Source of the DNA: Candidatus Thermosaccharophagus tengchongensis
GTDB lineage: Bacteria; Armatimonadota; Fervidibacteria; Fervidibacterales; Thermosaccharophagaceae
Assembly: GCA_032161105.1 (NCBI GenBank)
Contig: JAVHTD010000011.1
Reading direction: 5' to 3' (one strand)
DNA length: 64,000 bases
Below the pieces are notes generated by a model. The model did no database searches. It saw only the letters and a list, made by a program, of their open reading frames with translations, and was not told the DNA's origin. The position numbers and the translations under genes are program-made. Below are positions 38,224-47,080 of the stretch, in pieces (the stretch's first letter is position 1; every line of letters starts with the position of its first letter).

Positions 38224-41200
38224 ATGAGATGGCGAATGGTTTGTTCACCCATCGCGCTTGTGGCTGTTGTGTTGGCAACAGCTGCGCTCCCGAAAGAATC
38301 GCTATGTGCCGACAAGGGGAAAGAGCCGGCAATCACGGTGGAACTTAAAGGGGCAACCGTTGGTGAGGCTTTGGCAATGCTTTCACAGCAAGCCAATGCG
38401 AAGGTGACACTGCGTGGCGAGACGACAGCCAAGCTCAACTTGAGCATTCGCGGCAGAAGCTTTACCGAAGCGCTTGAACTAATCTGCAGGGCGGCGCAGT
38501 GCGGCTATTGTCTCATCGGTGACGAATACATCGTCATGCCACTCCCAAAGCCGGACGAGCTCATTAAGCGTGTTGAAGATGCGTGGGCAAAACTGAAGCG
38601 CTTCAAGTGCACCGCCGTTGAGAGGCTTTGGGACGGGATCAATTGGGGCGAGAGGAAGATTGAGCTCTTTCTCTCATCACCAGACAAAGCGCTTTTGAGA
38701 GCCTCATCCACAACAGCAACGGAGGAGATATGGAGCATACAGCGTGGAGTGACCCTGCGCTACTTGCCTCAGGAGCATCTTGCGGAGCGATGGGATGAAA
38801 ACAAACTCACGCGCTTGGGAATGATGCTCGGTGGTCCGGGGAATGTGGCTTGCTTTGGGCAGGCATGGAAGGCTGCCCTCAATGAATATCAACCCGTATC
38901 GGTGAGCCTTATCGCCGTGCGCGGCAAACCGGCATACCTGATGACCCTAAAGTGCATCAAGCCGAGGACAAGATATGTGCTGTCGCACTGCGATTGCGGT
39001 CCATATGGGCTTGGCTTTTACTGCTCGCCATATATGATCACGGTCACGGAACAACCGGCATCAGTTCAACTCGCCTTTGATGTTGAGGCGCTCTCGCTCC
39101 TCCACAGAGCACATGTGAATGAAGATGGAAGGGTGACCGGCGTCGCCACGGCAGACACAACCCAACAGATGAAGGATGGCATTCCGCTATACAGGCACTA
39201 TGAAATCCGGGATGCGGCAAACACGCACATAGGCGACTTCATTTACACATCGTTTGATGAGCTCACGGATGATGGAGCGACCGAATTTGAGCTGCCACAG
39301 GATGCCGTCATCATGGACGCGGAGTTGCGAAGCGCAAGGGAATACCGAGATGACATAAAGCGAGCCGACAACGCCAACCTGCGTTTTAACCTCGCCCGAT
39401 TGCACCTTCTCAAGCTCGGCGACGCCGACGAAGCCATAACGCACATTCAAGCCGCCATTAATAGGAATCCACAAGCGCCACAGCTCTGGCTCACCTACGC
39501 GAGGGCATGCATGAGTGCGTATAGGTATGACGATGCTGAGAACGCCCTTCGCAAGGCGGTAGAGCTATCACCTAAATCCGTTGAAGCGCATTTAATGCTC
39601 GCTGGAGTGCTCTCAGCGATGGGCAGATTGAATGAAGCGGTGGATTTGCTCAGGGCTGCGTGTGGCAATGTTGACAGGAAGAGCGCATCAAAGCTGTTGC
39701 AGCAGGAGGCAGCCTGCCTTGAGCTGCTGGGCAAGCTTGGTGAGGCAAGGAAAGTTTATTTGAGCTTGCTTTCAATGCCGGATGCTGATACGAACGCCGC
39801 CATAGCATCAGTTGAGAGATTGCTGTCAATTGCTCGCCATGATGGCGACTTCGCATCCCTCGCCAAGGAGGCAAAGGAGCTCTCCGCAAGGCAACCATCG
39901 CCATTCCTTCATCTGCTGTTAATGCAAGTGGCGCTTGAGTTGGGTGATGCGGATGGCGCAAATGAGTACCATGCGGCACTTGTGCGAATGCATCCTTACA
40001 ATCTGCCGCTGAGGCTGAGTGTCGCCAACGCATTTATGATGCACGGAATGCTTAACGAAGCCGAAGCCGAATACTCCGCTGTAGTGGCGCTTCACCCGCT
40101 ATCACCACACGCATCCGTAGCGAGGCGTCAACTCAGCGCCATAGCCATAAGGCGTGGTCAGTATGCTCAAGCGTTTGGATGGCTGCTCGCCGTTGAGAGA
40201 TGGCTTGATGGATATGCGGACATGCTTGATACGGTCAGGTCATTTGAGGAGACATTCATGCGCCACTTCTCCGCTGACGCGCTTCAGGCATACGCCGAAG
40301 CATGCATTGAGCGCGGGATGCATCGTGAAATCATATACACGCTCATAACCGACCTGTATCACTTGGCAGCCGACTATAGTGGCACATTAACATGGGCGAG
40401 GAGGGGCACAGCGCGCTACCCGAACAACATATGGCTCAAGAGGGCAGAGGTGCAAGCGCTGCGAGACGCAAAGAAGTGGCGTGACTTGGAGATCGTCCTT
40501 CGGCGCGAGTGTGAGCGCAACCGCACCCAACCATACTTTCACGCCGAACGCATCTGGCTATACTATCGCTGGAGGACTTCATTGAGCCTCCCGAGGGATA
40601 GGTCGGAATTTGCCACCGTCCTGCGCAGCGAGAGGAATTCAAGGGAGGAGTTCTTGCAACGGTTCGGCGATGTGCCGCTATCTCGGCTCGTTTATGGCAT
40701 CGCATTAGCCAACGATGTCGCCTCGTTCCAATCGCCGCCATTTGATGCCCTGTCAATGTTAGAAGACGCCCTCAACTCACGGATGCCCGACGGTGACATA
40801 GGGGATGTAATTGTGACACTGCGCAGGGCACTCGCATCATGCTATGGGCGCACGGGAAAGTGGGCAAGCGCGAGGGCGCAATACAGGGCACTCATGCGCC
40901 TGATTAACGACGAGTTTGAGCTTGCTGCATTGGCTCGCGAATGGATGATGGGCGAGGTCTCAAGGAAGCGATTTAACGAAGCCCTATTGTCCGTGCACGC
41001 CACAATGAGCGGGTGCGAACCGATATCGGTTAAAAGGGCACTTTTGACAGCGCTGACCGAGTTAATGGTCATCCCACCAGATGTGATGCCGCTTCAAAGG
41101 CAACTATTTGAAGCCGATGTGAATGAACGCCTATCAATCATGCAACAATGGCTGAATCAAAACGGCACAGACCCAGCAGCGCTGGTTATGGCTGGATGGG

Positions 41201-41898
41201 TGGCAACGATGCGCAATGACGCAAAAGCAGCGGGCTCGCACTTTGAAACGGCAATGGCAAGGTTATCGGGAGTGAAGAACTTGACAGTCAGATGCGACCT
41301 GCTTGAGCTTGTCGGTGACGGCTTTGCGGCTTTGGGTGACAGCCAGAAGGCTGTATCGGCATACGAGGAGCTCATTCGCCTGCATCCGGCGAGGCTCTCA
41401 GCATACCGCAAGCTGGTTGCCATCCACATTCAAAGCGGCAACGCAAAGGCAGCTTTAGAAGCGGCAAAGCGAATGCTCGCATACTCACCGACCAACTCCG
41501 GAACGCTGTTCATCTACGCACAAGCGCTCGCATCATCCGGCGACTCGGCTCAGGCATTGAAGTGGATTGATAGAGCAATCACAGTTGCGCAGGTTAATGC
41601 CGATACATCCCTCACGGAGTTGGGAGCTTACATGCTCATGAAAGCAAAGCTGCTTGAGGGATTGGGGAAGGAGGAGGAAGCTGTGAAGGTTTATCGTCAG
41701 GTCGCATTGGGTGCCGGGGTAAGGAAGGTTGTCCGCAGAGCCGCGATTGAGTGGCTGTGCAAATACTACGAGGGGCGCGGCGATGTTGATGAACTTGCAG
41801 GTTGGCTCAGATGGCTCATGTGGGCAGCGCCGGAACTGCAAAAGGACATTGAGGGCAAACTCAAAGCCATTAAGAGCGCACCGCAGCTGAAGCAATAA
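38224..41898 (+). CDS. Large secreted STN + LolA-like + TPR-repeat protein
   Basis: Signal peptide; ITVELKGATVGEALAMLSQQA (STN-like); beta-rich middle region; many TPR units. Confidence 0.75.
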   Translation: MRWRMVCSPIALVAVVLATAALPKESLCADKGKEPAITVELKGATVGEALAMLSQQANAKVTLRGETTAKLNLSIRGRSFTEALELICRAAQCGYCLIGDEYIVMPLPKPDELIKRVEDAWAKLKRFKCTAVERLWDGINWGERKIELFLSSPDKALLRASSTTATEEIWSIQRGVTLRYLPQEHLAERWDENKLTRLGMMLGGPGNVACFGQAWKAALNEYQPVSVSLIAVRGKPAYLMTLKCIKPRTRYVLSHCDCGPYGLGFYCSPYMITVTEQPASVQLAFDVEALSLLHRAHVNEDGRVTGVATADTTQQMKDGIPLYRHYEIRDAANTHIGDFIYTSFDELTDDGATEFELPQDAVIMDAELRSAREYRDDIKRADNANLRFNLARLHLLKLGDADEAITHIQAAINRNPQAPQLWLTYARACMSAYRYDDAENALRKAVELSPKSVEAHLMLAGVLSAMGRLNEAVDLLRAACGNVDRKSASKLLQQEAACLELLGKLGEARKVYLSLLSMPDADTNAAIASVERLLSIARHDGDFASLAKEAKELSARQPSPFLHLLLMQVALELGDADGANEYHAALVRMHPYNLPLRLSVANAFMMHGMLNEAEAEYSAVVALHPLSPHASVARRQLSAIAIRRGQYAQAFGWLLAVERWLDGYADMLDTVRSFEETFMRHFSADALQAYAEACIERGMHREIIYTLITDLYHLAADYSGTLTWARRGTARYPNNIWLKRAEVQALRDAKKWRDLEIVLRRECERNRTQPYFHAERIWLYYRWRTSLSLPRDRSEFATVLRSERNSREEFLQRFGDVPLSRLVYGIALANDVASFQSPPFDALSMLEDALNSRMPDGDIGDVIVTLRRALASCYGRTGKWASARAQYRALMRLINDEFELAALAREWMMGEVSRKRFNEALLSVHATMSGCEPISVKRALLTALTELMVIPPDVMPLQRQLFEADVNERLSIMQQWLNQNGTDPAALVMAGWVATMRNDAKAAGSHFETAMARLSGVKNLTVRCDLLELVGDGFAALGDSQKAVSAYEELIRLHPARLSAYRKLVAIHIQSGNAKAALEAAKRMLAYSPTNSGTLFIYAQALASSGDSAQALKWIDRAITVAQVNADTSLTELGAYMLMKAKLLEGLGKEEEAVKVYRQVALGAGVRKVVRRAAIEWLCKYYEGRGDVDELAGWLRWLMWAAPELQKDIEGKLKAIKSAPQLKQ

Positions 41899-41971
41899 GC
41901 CAAAGGCAACACAGCCACATGCCGGCGTTGTGTCATCCCCATGTGCTCCGAAACGCAACTCTTGAAAGACA

Positions 41972-42835
41972 TCAAACTCTCTCAAGGAGCACGACCCACT
42001 TATCTGAAAGGAACGGTGCATACGGGCGAGTTGAGAAGACAGAACGCACCCTCAAACCAGCCTCATGGACGAGCTCTATCAGGTCTTGCTTGCTAAAGCG
42101 ATATTTGAGTTCGCTCATCAAGCCGAGTTTATGGCGCAGCCAGTGCAACAGGTATCGCACTGTGTAGCGATGCCTGAACTCAACGATGACCCAACGCGCA
42201 CTCACACGCTTCATTTCGCTGAGGATGCGCAGCTGAATTTCCCTCGGCACATGAAACATGAACCTGATGCAGATGACGGCATCAAATGCTTCGTCCTTAA
42301 ACGGCAACCTCTCAGCATCACACACGACCAAGCCGATTAGCCCATCAATATGCGGCTTCGGTTTGCGCGATGCTTCAAGCAGCATGGCATGTGATATGTC
42401 CGAACCAACAAACTTTATTCCCTCTTGTGAGAGCAATTGAAAGACACGCCCAGTGCCACACGGCACATCCAAAGCGAAGCGAATCGGCGTGCCAAGCGAG
42501 TTGGCATACCTTATAGCTCGCCTTATGGCGGCAATATCGCGCATGTGGCGCATGCGCCCAAACAGCCCGCCAAAGCGCCTCACCTCGTATTCCCTCGCAA
42601 CAATCCCATCACGGTAGTGCCACTTGCGCCTGCAGTAGTGCTCAATGCTTTCCACGCTCGCCCACCTTGCCCAATTTGTTGTGTTGAGGTTATCACTGTG
42701 AACGCTATCCCAATTTGCCTTCCGCTCAACTTCATGTGAGCCACATTGCAAAAGCGTAAACTCAAGTTGACTTCCCCCGCACAACGCGAGCCTCAATTGC
42801 CGATGGAAGCCGGCGTGGCATTCGCATTGAAGCAC
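41972..42835 (-). CDS. Class I SAM-dependent methyltransferase
   Basis: ALDVPCGTGR, DISHAML, DAERLPFKDEAFD; true start probably downstream of 42835. Confidence 0.88.
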   Translation of the reverse strand: MLQCECHAGFHRQLRLALCGGSQLEFTLLQCGSHEVERKANWDSVHSDNLNTTNWARWASVESIEHYCRRKWHYRDGIVAREYEVRRFGGLFGRMRHMRDIAAIRRAIRYANSLGTPIRFALDVPCGTGRVFQLLSQEGIKFVGSDISHAMLLEASRKPKPHIDGLIGLVVCDAERLPFKDEAFDAVICIRFMFHVPREIQLRILSEMKRVSARWVIVEFRHRYTVRYLLHWLRHKLGLMSELKYRFSKQDLIELVHEAGLRVRSVFSTRPYAPFLSDKWVVLLERV

Positions 42836-43634
42836 CCCTCATTTGCCCATCGCGACTTTCCACCCAGAGCGCCTTCTTCCACACGCGCTTTATCAGGGCT
42901 ATATCACTCGGCTCAAGCCTGCTGCGCATTGCATATGCGAGATAGAAGCGAAGCCTATCAACATCGGACAGCGGCACATGATGGTAACTTGATAGCAGGA
43001 GCTTAGCCAAATCCTTTATCATCGCCCTGCGCCAAAACCTCGGTCGGACAAGCCTATCAAGGTCAAGCAGGATTAGTTCGTATTCACCGTCGCCATGCGG
43101 GCGCACGGCAATGTGATACAGGAACAAGTCCTGATGGAATAGCCCAAGCGAATGCAACTTTGATACAAGCGTTGCAAGTTGCAAGATGAGTTTCCGCCTA
43201 ACCATTTGCCCCGGCAGCGGTGATGCAATCTCACCCCTGAGAAACTCATCAAGCCTGAGCGCATCAACCCCCTCAGTCAAAAGGAAAGCCTCATTAAATC
43301 CCATTCGCCATCTTGAGCCAGCCGCAACTGGTTTCGCTGTCGCTATTCCGAGCGAGTTAAGAAGCATGATATTGCGCAGCTCTTTTAAGCCATAAAATCC
43401 GAGCGTGCCACCGCGCAAGATGGCGCTCAAAAAATCCCAAAGCGATGCCCATCTCCTCTTGAGGTAAAACGAAACACCGTCAACCTCGAATGAGCACACC
43501 TCTTTCCTGCCGCGCCTTTTGACCAGCTTACCGCCGAAGCTCATGAAGGAGTCAAACGATGTTAACCCGCACTTGCTCAGCAGCTCAACATAAGCCTCAT
43601 CAACAAGCATCCCATCGTAAGAGCGCATCGGCAT
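42762..43634 (-). CDS. Lipopolysaccharide kinase (Kdo/WaaP/InaA family)
   Basis: FYLKR, FLLTE, LHSLGLFHQDL, LLDLDR, KDLAKL. Confidence 0.85.
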   Translation of the reverse strand: MPMRSYDGMLVDEAYVELLSKCGLTSFDSFMSFGGKLVKRRGRKEVCSFEVDGVSFYLKRRWASLWDFLSAILRGGTLGFYGLKELRNIMLLNSLGIATAKPVAAGSRWRMGFNEAFLLTEGVDALRLDEFLRGEIASPLPGQMVRRKLILQLATLVSKLHSLGLFHQDLFLYHIAVRPHGDGEYELILLDLDRLVRPRFWRRAMIKDLAKLLLSSYHHVPLSDVDRLRFYLAYAMRSRLEPSDIALIKRVWKKALWVESRDGQMRGASMRMPRRLPSAIEARVVRGKST

Positions 43635-43980
43635 GCCACATCACCATCAAACACCAGCAACAGGTTCACAAACTCAAAACCGCATGCCGCAACGGATGCC
43701 GCCGACACTCACATGCAATGCCCAATATACACCCGCTCAGGCAGCGCTGTTGAAGCGTTACCAGACGATGCCATCAAATGGAGTTTGACACCGTCTTAGC
43801 GCTCTGGAAACAGAATGCACAACTTGCCATCGCCATCAAACACGCTTGAGGCAAACTGAGCAATTGGGCACGCGATGGGTGAGCACAATTGCGTCATTCC
43901 AACTGGCGTGCCAATGGAGAAACCTTTGTCGTGCCATGGATGTGCTTCCGACAACGCAGCAGTGTTGATGGTGATTTGCA

Positions 43981-45399
43981 ATGGAGCGCTACAGGGACAT
44001 CATCCCAAACTATGAAGAGTTTCTTCGTGTCGCAATGGAGCCGATGCCGACGACGGTCAGAGTCAACCTGCTCAGGATATCCGTTGAAGAGTTGATGAGC
44101 AGGTTCGCAGCGAAAGGGTTCAAAGTTGAGCGCTCTCAATGGTGCCCTTACTTGCTCACGCTTCATGGCGATATACCCGTCGGTTCAACGATTGAGCATT
44201 GGCTTGGTCTTTGCTACATTCAGGAGGCTACCTCGCTCATTGCTCCGTTGGCTTTATCACCGAAGCCGAAAGATGTGGTGCTTGACTTGTGCGCAGCACC
44301 AGGCGGAAAGACCACGCACATTGCAATGCTCATGAACGGCACTGGAACAATTGTTGCCAATGACCCAAATGCAAAGCGCCTGAGGGCTTTGGCGAGCAAC
44401 CTATACAAGTTGAGCGTCACAAATTGCATCATCACCGAATACAACGGGACGCGCTTTCCGCTCTCGGAACTCAAATTTGACTGTGCACTCGTTGATGCAC
44501 CATGTTCAGCTGAGGGTAATTTGCGCAAGTCACCACAGAGGCGCTCTGGGACGAGCGTGAGCTATTCAAGACGCATGAGCGGGATACAGAAGGCTTTGCT
44601 GCTGCGCGCAATTGATTCGGTCAAAGCCGGCGGCGTTGTAGTCTACTCAACATGCACATTTGCGCCAGAGGAAAACGAGATGGTAGTTCAACATGCGCTT
44701 AACAAGCGCGATGTCAAAATTGAGCCAGTTGAAATTGAAGCGCCCCACTCACCCGGATTGACAAAGTGGGATGGCGTTTCCTTTCACAGCGACATGCAAT
44801 ATGCGATTCGCATATACCCACACCATTTCAACTCCGGTGGTGGCTTCGTAGCACGCTTGAGAAAAATCGGCGATGGCAAAAGTGAGCCACATAGCGATAA
44901 TACATTCCACCACAAAATGCGCAGGCAAGTGCAAATGGCAAAGCCCGACACCATCAATTCACTCATCGGTTACTTCAACGAGCGCTTCGGCATACCAACA
45001 TTCGTCTTTGATGGGCTTAATTTTGTTGAGTCCGCAGACAGCATATGGGTGACCAGTGCTGACTTGAGCTGCGCGGATGTGCTTGGCAAAGTTTCATCCA
45101 TCGGGATGCGCCTTGCGCACATCATGGACGGCAGGTTCAAACCAACAAGCTACGCCCTCATGTGGTTACAACCGCACATTAAGTCTGGCATCATCAGCGT
45201 TACTTTGGATGAGCTGGTGAAGCTGCTCCTTGGTCAATCAGTCAAATTGCGTTCCGACAATACGAGGGGCTTCGTCGCCATAGCTTTTGAAGGCGACATA
45301 CTCGGCTGTGGCTTCTTCACAGGCGATGAGCTGCGCTGCGAAATGCCAAAGGGCAGAAGGGCAGAATTGCTTGATGTGCTACACTGTGAACGCCGCTAA
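43981..45399 (+). CDS. RsmB/RsmF (NOL1/NOP2/Sun) RNA m5C methyltransferase with C-terminal extension
   Basis: YIQE, LDLCAAPGGKT, DAPCSAEG, VYSTCT..PEENE. Confidence 0.93.
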   Translation: MERYRDIIPNYEEFLRVAMEPMPTTVRVNLLRISVEELMSRFAAKGFKVERSQWCPYLLTLHGDIPVGSTIEHWLGLCYIQEATSLIAPLALSPKPKDVVLDLCAAPGGKTTHIAMLMNGTGTIVANDPNAKRLRALASNLYKLSVTNCIITEYNGTRFPLSELKFDCALVDAPCSAEGNLRKSPQRRSGTSVSYSRRMSGIQKALLLRAIDSVKAGGVVVYSTCTFAPEENEMVVQHALNKRDVKIEPVEIEAPHSPGLTKWDGVSFHSDMQYAIRIYPHHFNSGGGFVARLRKIGDGKSEPHSDNTFHHKMRRQVQMAKPDTINSLIGYFNERFGIPTFVFDGLNFVESADSIWVTSADLSCADVLGKVSSIGMRLAHIMDGRFKPTSYALMWLQPHIKSGIISVTLDELVKLLLGQSVKLRSDNTRGFVAIAFEGDILGCGFFTGDELRCEMPKGRRAELLDVLHCERR

Positions 45400-45401
45400 C
45401 T

Positions 45402-45674
45402 GTAGTGGCGGACGATAGTCCGCCAGAAATCGCTCCTTACACCGTATGCCACCAAGCAATAGCGAAGTGGCGTTAGTCGTAACTCCGTTCGTAGTAAGCC
45501 ACGAAGCGATAGCGAAGTGGCGTTCATCGTGACTCACTGACGGCACTCCACTTCGTTGCGTGCCTCACTACGAACCTTATAACCGTTCGTAGTAAGCCAC
45601 AAAGCGATAGCGAAGTGGCGTTCGTCACGACATCGCTGACGGCACTCCACTTCGTTCCGTGCCTTACTACGAAC
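45402..45674. repeat. Cluster of GTAG-type REP-like palindromes: one single hairpin, one partial copy and two inverted doublets of about 90 bp
   Basis: 45402-45425 GTAG-TGGCGGAC-GATA-GTCCGCCA; partial copy 45448-45474; units 45487-45575 and 45585-45674 bounded by GTTCGTAGTAAG...CT(T/C)ACTACGAAC. Confidence 0.85.
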
Positions 45675-45723
45675 TTCTGATCCATTGTCTGTTTGCTGTC
45701 TGTTTGCGTGGGCGGACGACGGC

Positions 45724-47043
45724 TTACCTGAAACTATTCCTTCGGGTGGCTCCTTTCAAACCCAAAACCACCTTCGGACAAAAATCAACTTTAACCCTCA
45801 CCACTCCACCTTTCGGCTCCAAAGTTTGCGCTTCGCCTTTGTGATTGACAACTGTAACGGTTCGTTCTGCCGCTAAATGGATGAGCACAACTTTGCCCTT
45901 CACTTCCGTCCAAACTGTCGCCAAGTGATCGCCATGGCGATGACGGAAAAGGTAAACAGTCAAGTCACTATCGCCCAAATCAATCTTGCGGACAAAACTT
46001 GCGCCATCAAGGTAAGTCGCAGCGACACGACATTCCGTTTGCACATCGGGGCGGTAACCGATGCTGCTTTTGTCGTAGTTCCACGAAAACAAAAACACCT
46101 TCTCACAGCCCAAAGCCAGCGAATGGGCAATCGCTTTCAAAGGCGAAAGGCGCAAGCCACCTTCAGTTCGCATGTGAGTCGTTGCACCATCGGGCAAGTA
46201 ATCGCAAGTGATGCCAGCGCCTTGCTCCGTGTTCCAAATTGGCTTGGCAATTTTTGCCTCCTTCATTGCACGCAAGTAATCTTCCATGCCTCCCGCATGC
46301 TGAGGTGGAGCCAACGGATAATGAACGCTTAGAACATCAAACAAGTCGGGGCGATGAACCAACTTCCTCAGGACATCGCTGAGACCACGAAAGAGTTCGC
46401 CGGCGACGATGACAGCGTTTGGCTGCACCGACCGAATTGCCTCAGCCGTCCAATCCAGATAAGCCATGTAGTCATCGGCGGAACCGCGAAAGAAACCACC
46501 ACCGTCAGGTTCGTTGCCAATCTGCCACGATTGACAATAAGCGCCGTAGCGACGGACAACTTGTTTAACGACTTCCTGCCATTTTTCTTTGTCTCTCGGT
46601 GGCGTTAAATTGAGCGTTTCATCCCAATCGGCATGAGCACCTTTAGGGTCACGAGAAATCCAATCGGCTTGACCGAGAAATTTGAGCAAGATACGCAGAC
46701 CTGACTGGTGCAGCGTTTTCAAGGCGATTTCAAAGTTGCCGTAATTGAAATTGTAAACGCCCTCGCTGGGGTTGATTCGGCTGAGCGGAATATCTGTTTG
46801 AACCCAACCAAAGCCCGCTTTTTTGATAGCAGAGGCGAAATCTGGCAACTGGTATGGTCCTTTGGGTAGCAAGATGCAAACTCCGAGCATTGGCGTCTGA
46901 GCCTGTTGAGCCGGCTTTAACGGTTGATACTGCACTCCCAACGCTATTTGTTTCCCAATCACAATTCGCTGCTTTTGACAAGAAGCGAATATAACGATGA
47001 AAGCGGGCAACGCCATGAAAATCGCTTTGAGCCTCATGTCCAT
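45724..47043 (-). CDS. Clan GH-A glycoside hydrolase (GH39/GH5-like), probable lipoprotein
   Basis: Lipobox-like FASC; WQIGNEPD acid/base, LSVHYP, KPIWNTEQG nucleophile. Confidence 0.8.
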   Translation of the reverse strand: MDMRLKAIFMALPAFIVIFASCQKQRIVIGKQIALGVQYQPLKPAQQAQTPMLGVCILLPKGPYQLPDFASAIKKAGFGWVQTDIPLSRINPSEGVYNFNYGNFEIALKTLHQSGLRILLKFLGQADWISRDPKGAHADWDETLNLTPPRDKEKWQEVVKQVVRRYGAYCQSWQIGNEPDGGGFFRGSADDYMAYLDWTAEAIRSVQPNAVIVAGELFRGLSDVLRKLVHRPDLFDVLSVHYPLAPPQHAGGMEDYLRAMKEAKIAKPIWNTEQGAGITCDYLPDGATTHMRTEGGLRLSPLKAIAHSLALGCEKVFLFSWNYDKSSIGYRPDVQTECRVAATYLDGASFVRKIDLGDSDLTVYLFRHRHGDHLATVWTEVKGKVVLIHLAAERTVTVVNHKGEAQTLEPKGGVVRVKVDFCPKVVLGLKGATRRNSFR

Positions 47044-47080
47044 TGCCTCCATCAAAGTTTGCGATTGTTGCCCTCAAGTT

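Noticed and set aside
43635..43980. Small ORF 43796..43981 in the divergent gap
   Set aside because: No motif or clear RBS; probably a promoter region
45402..45674. CRISPR array
   Set aside because: Only two full units, internally palindromic, with no unique spacers of regular length and no cas genes; fits REP-like doublets better
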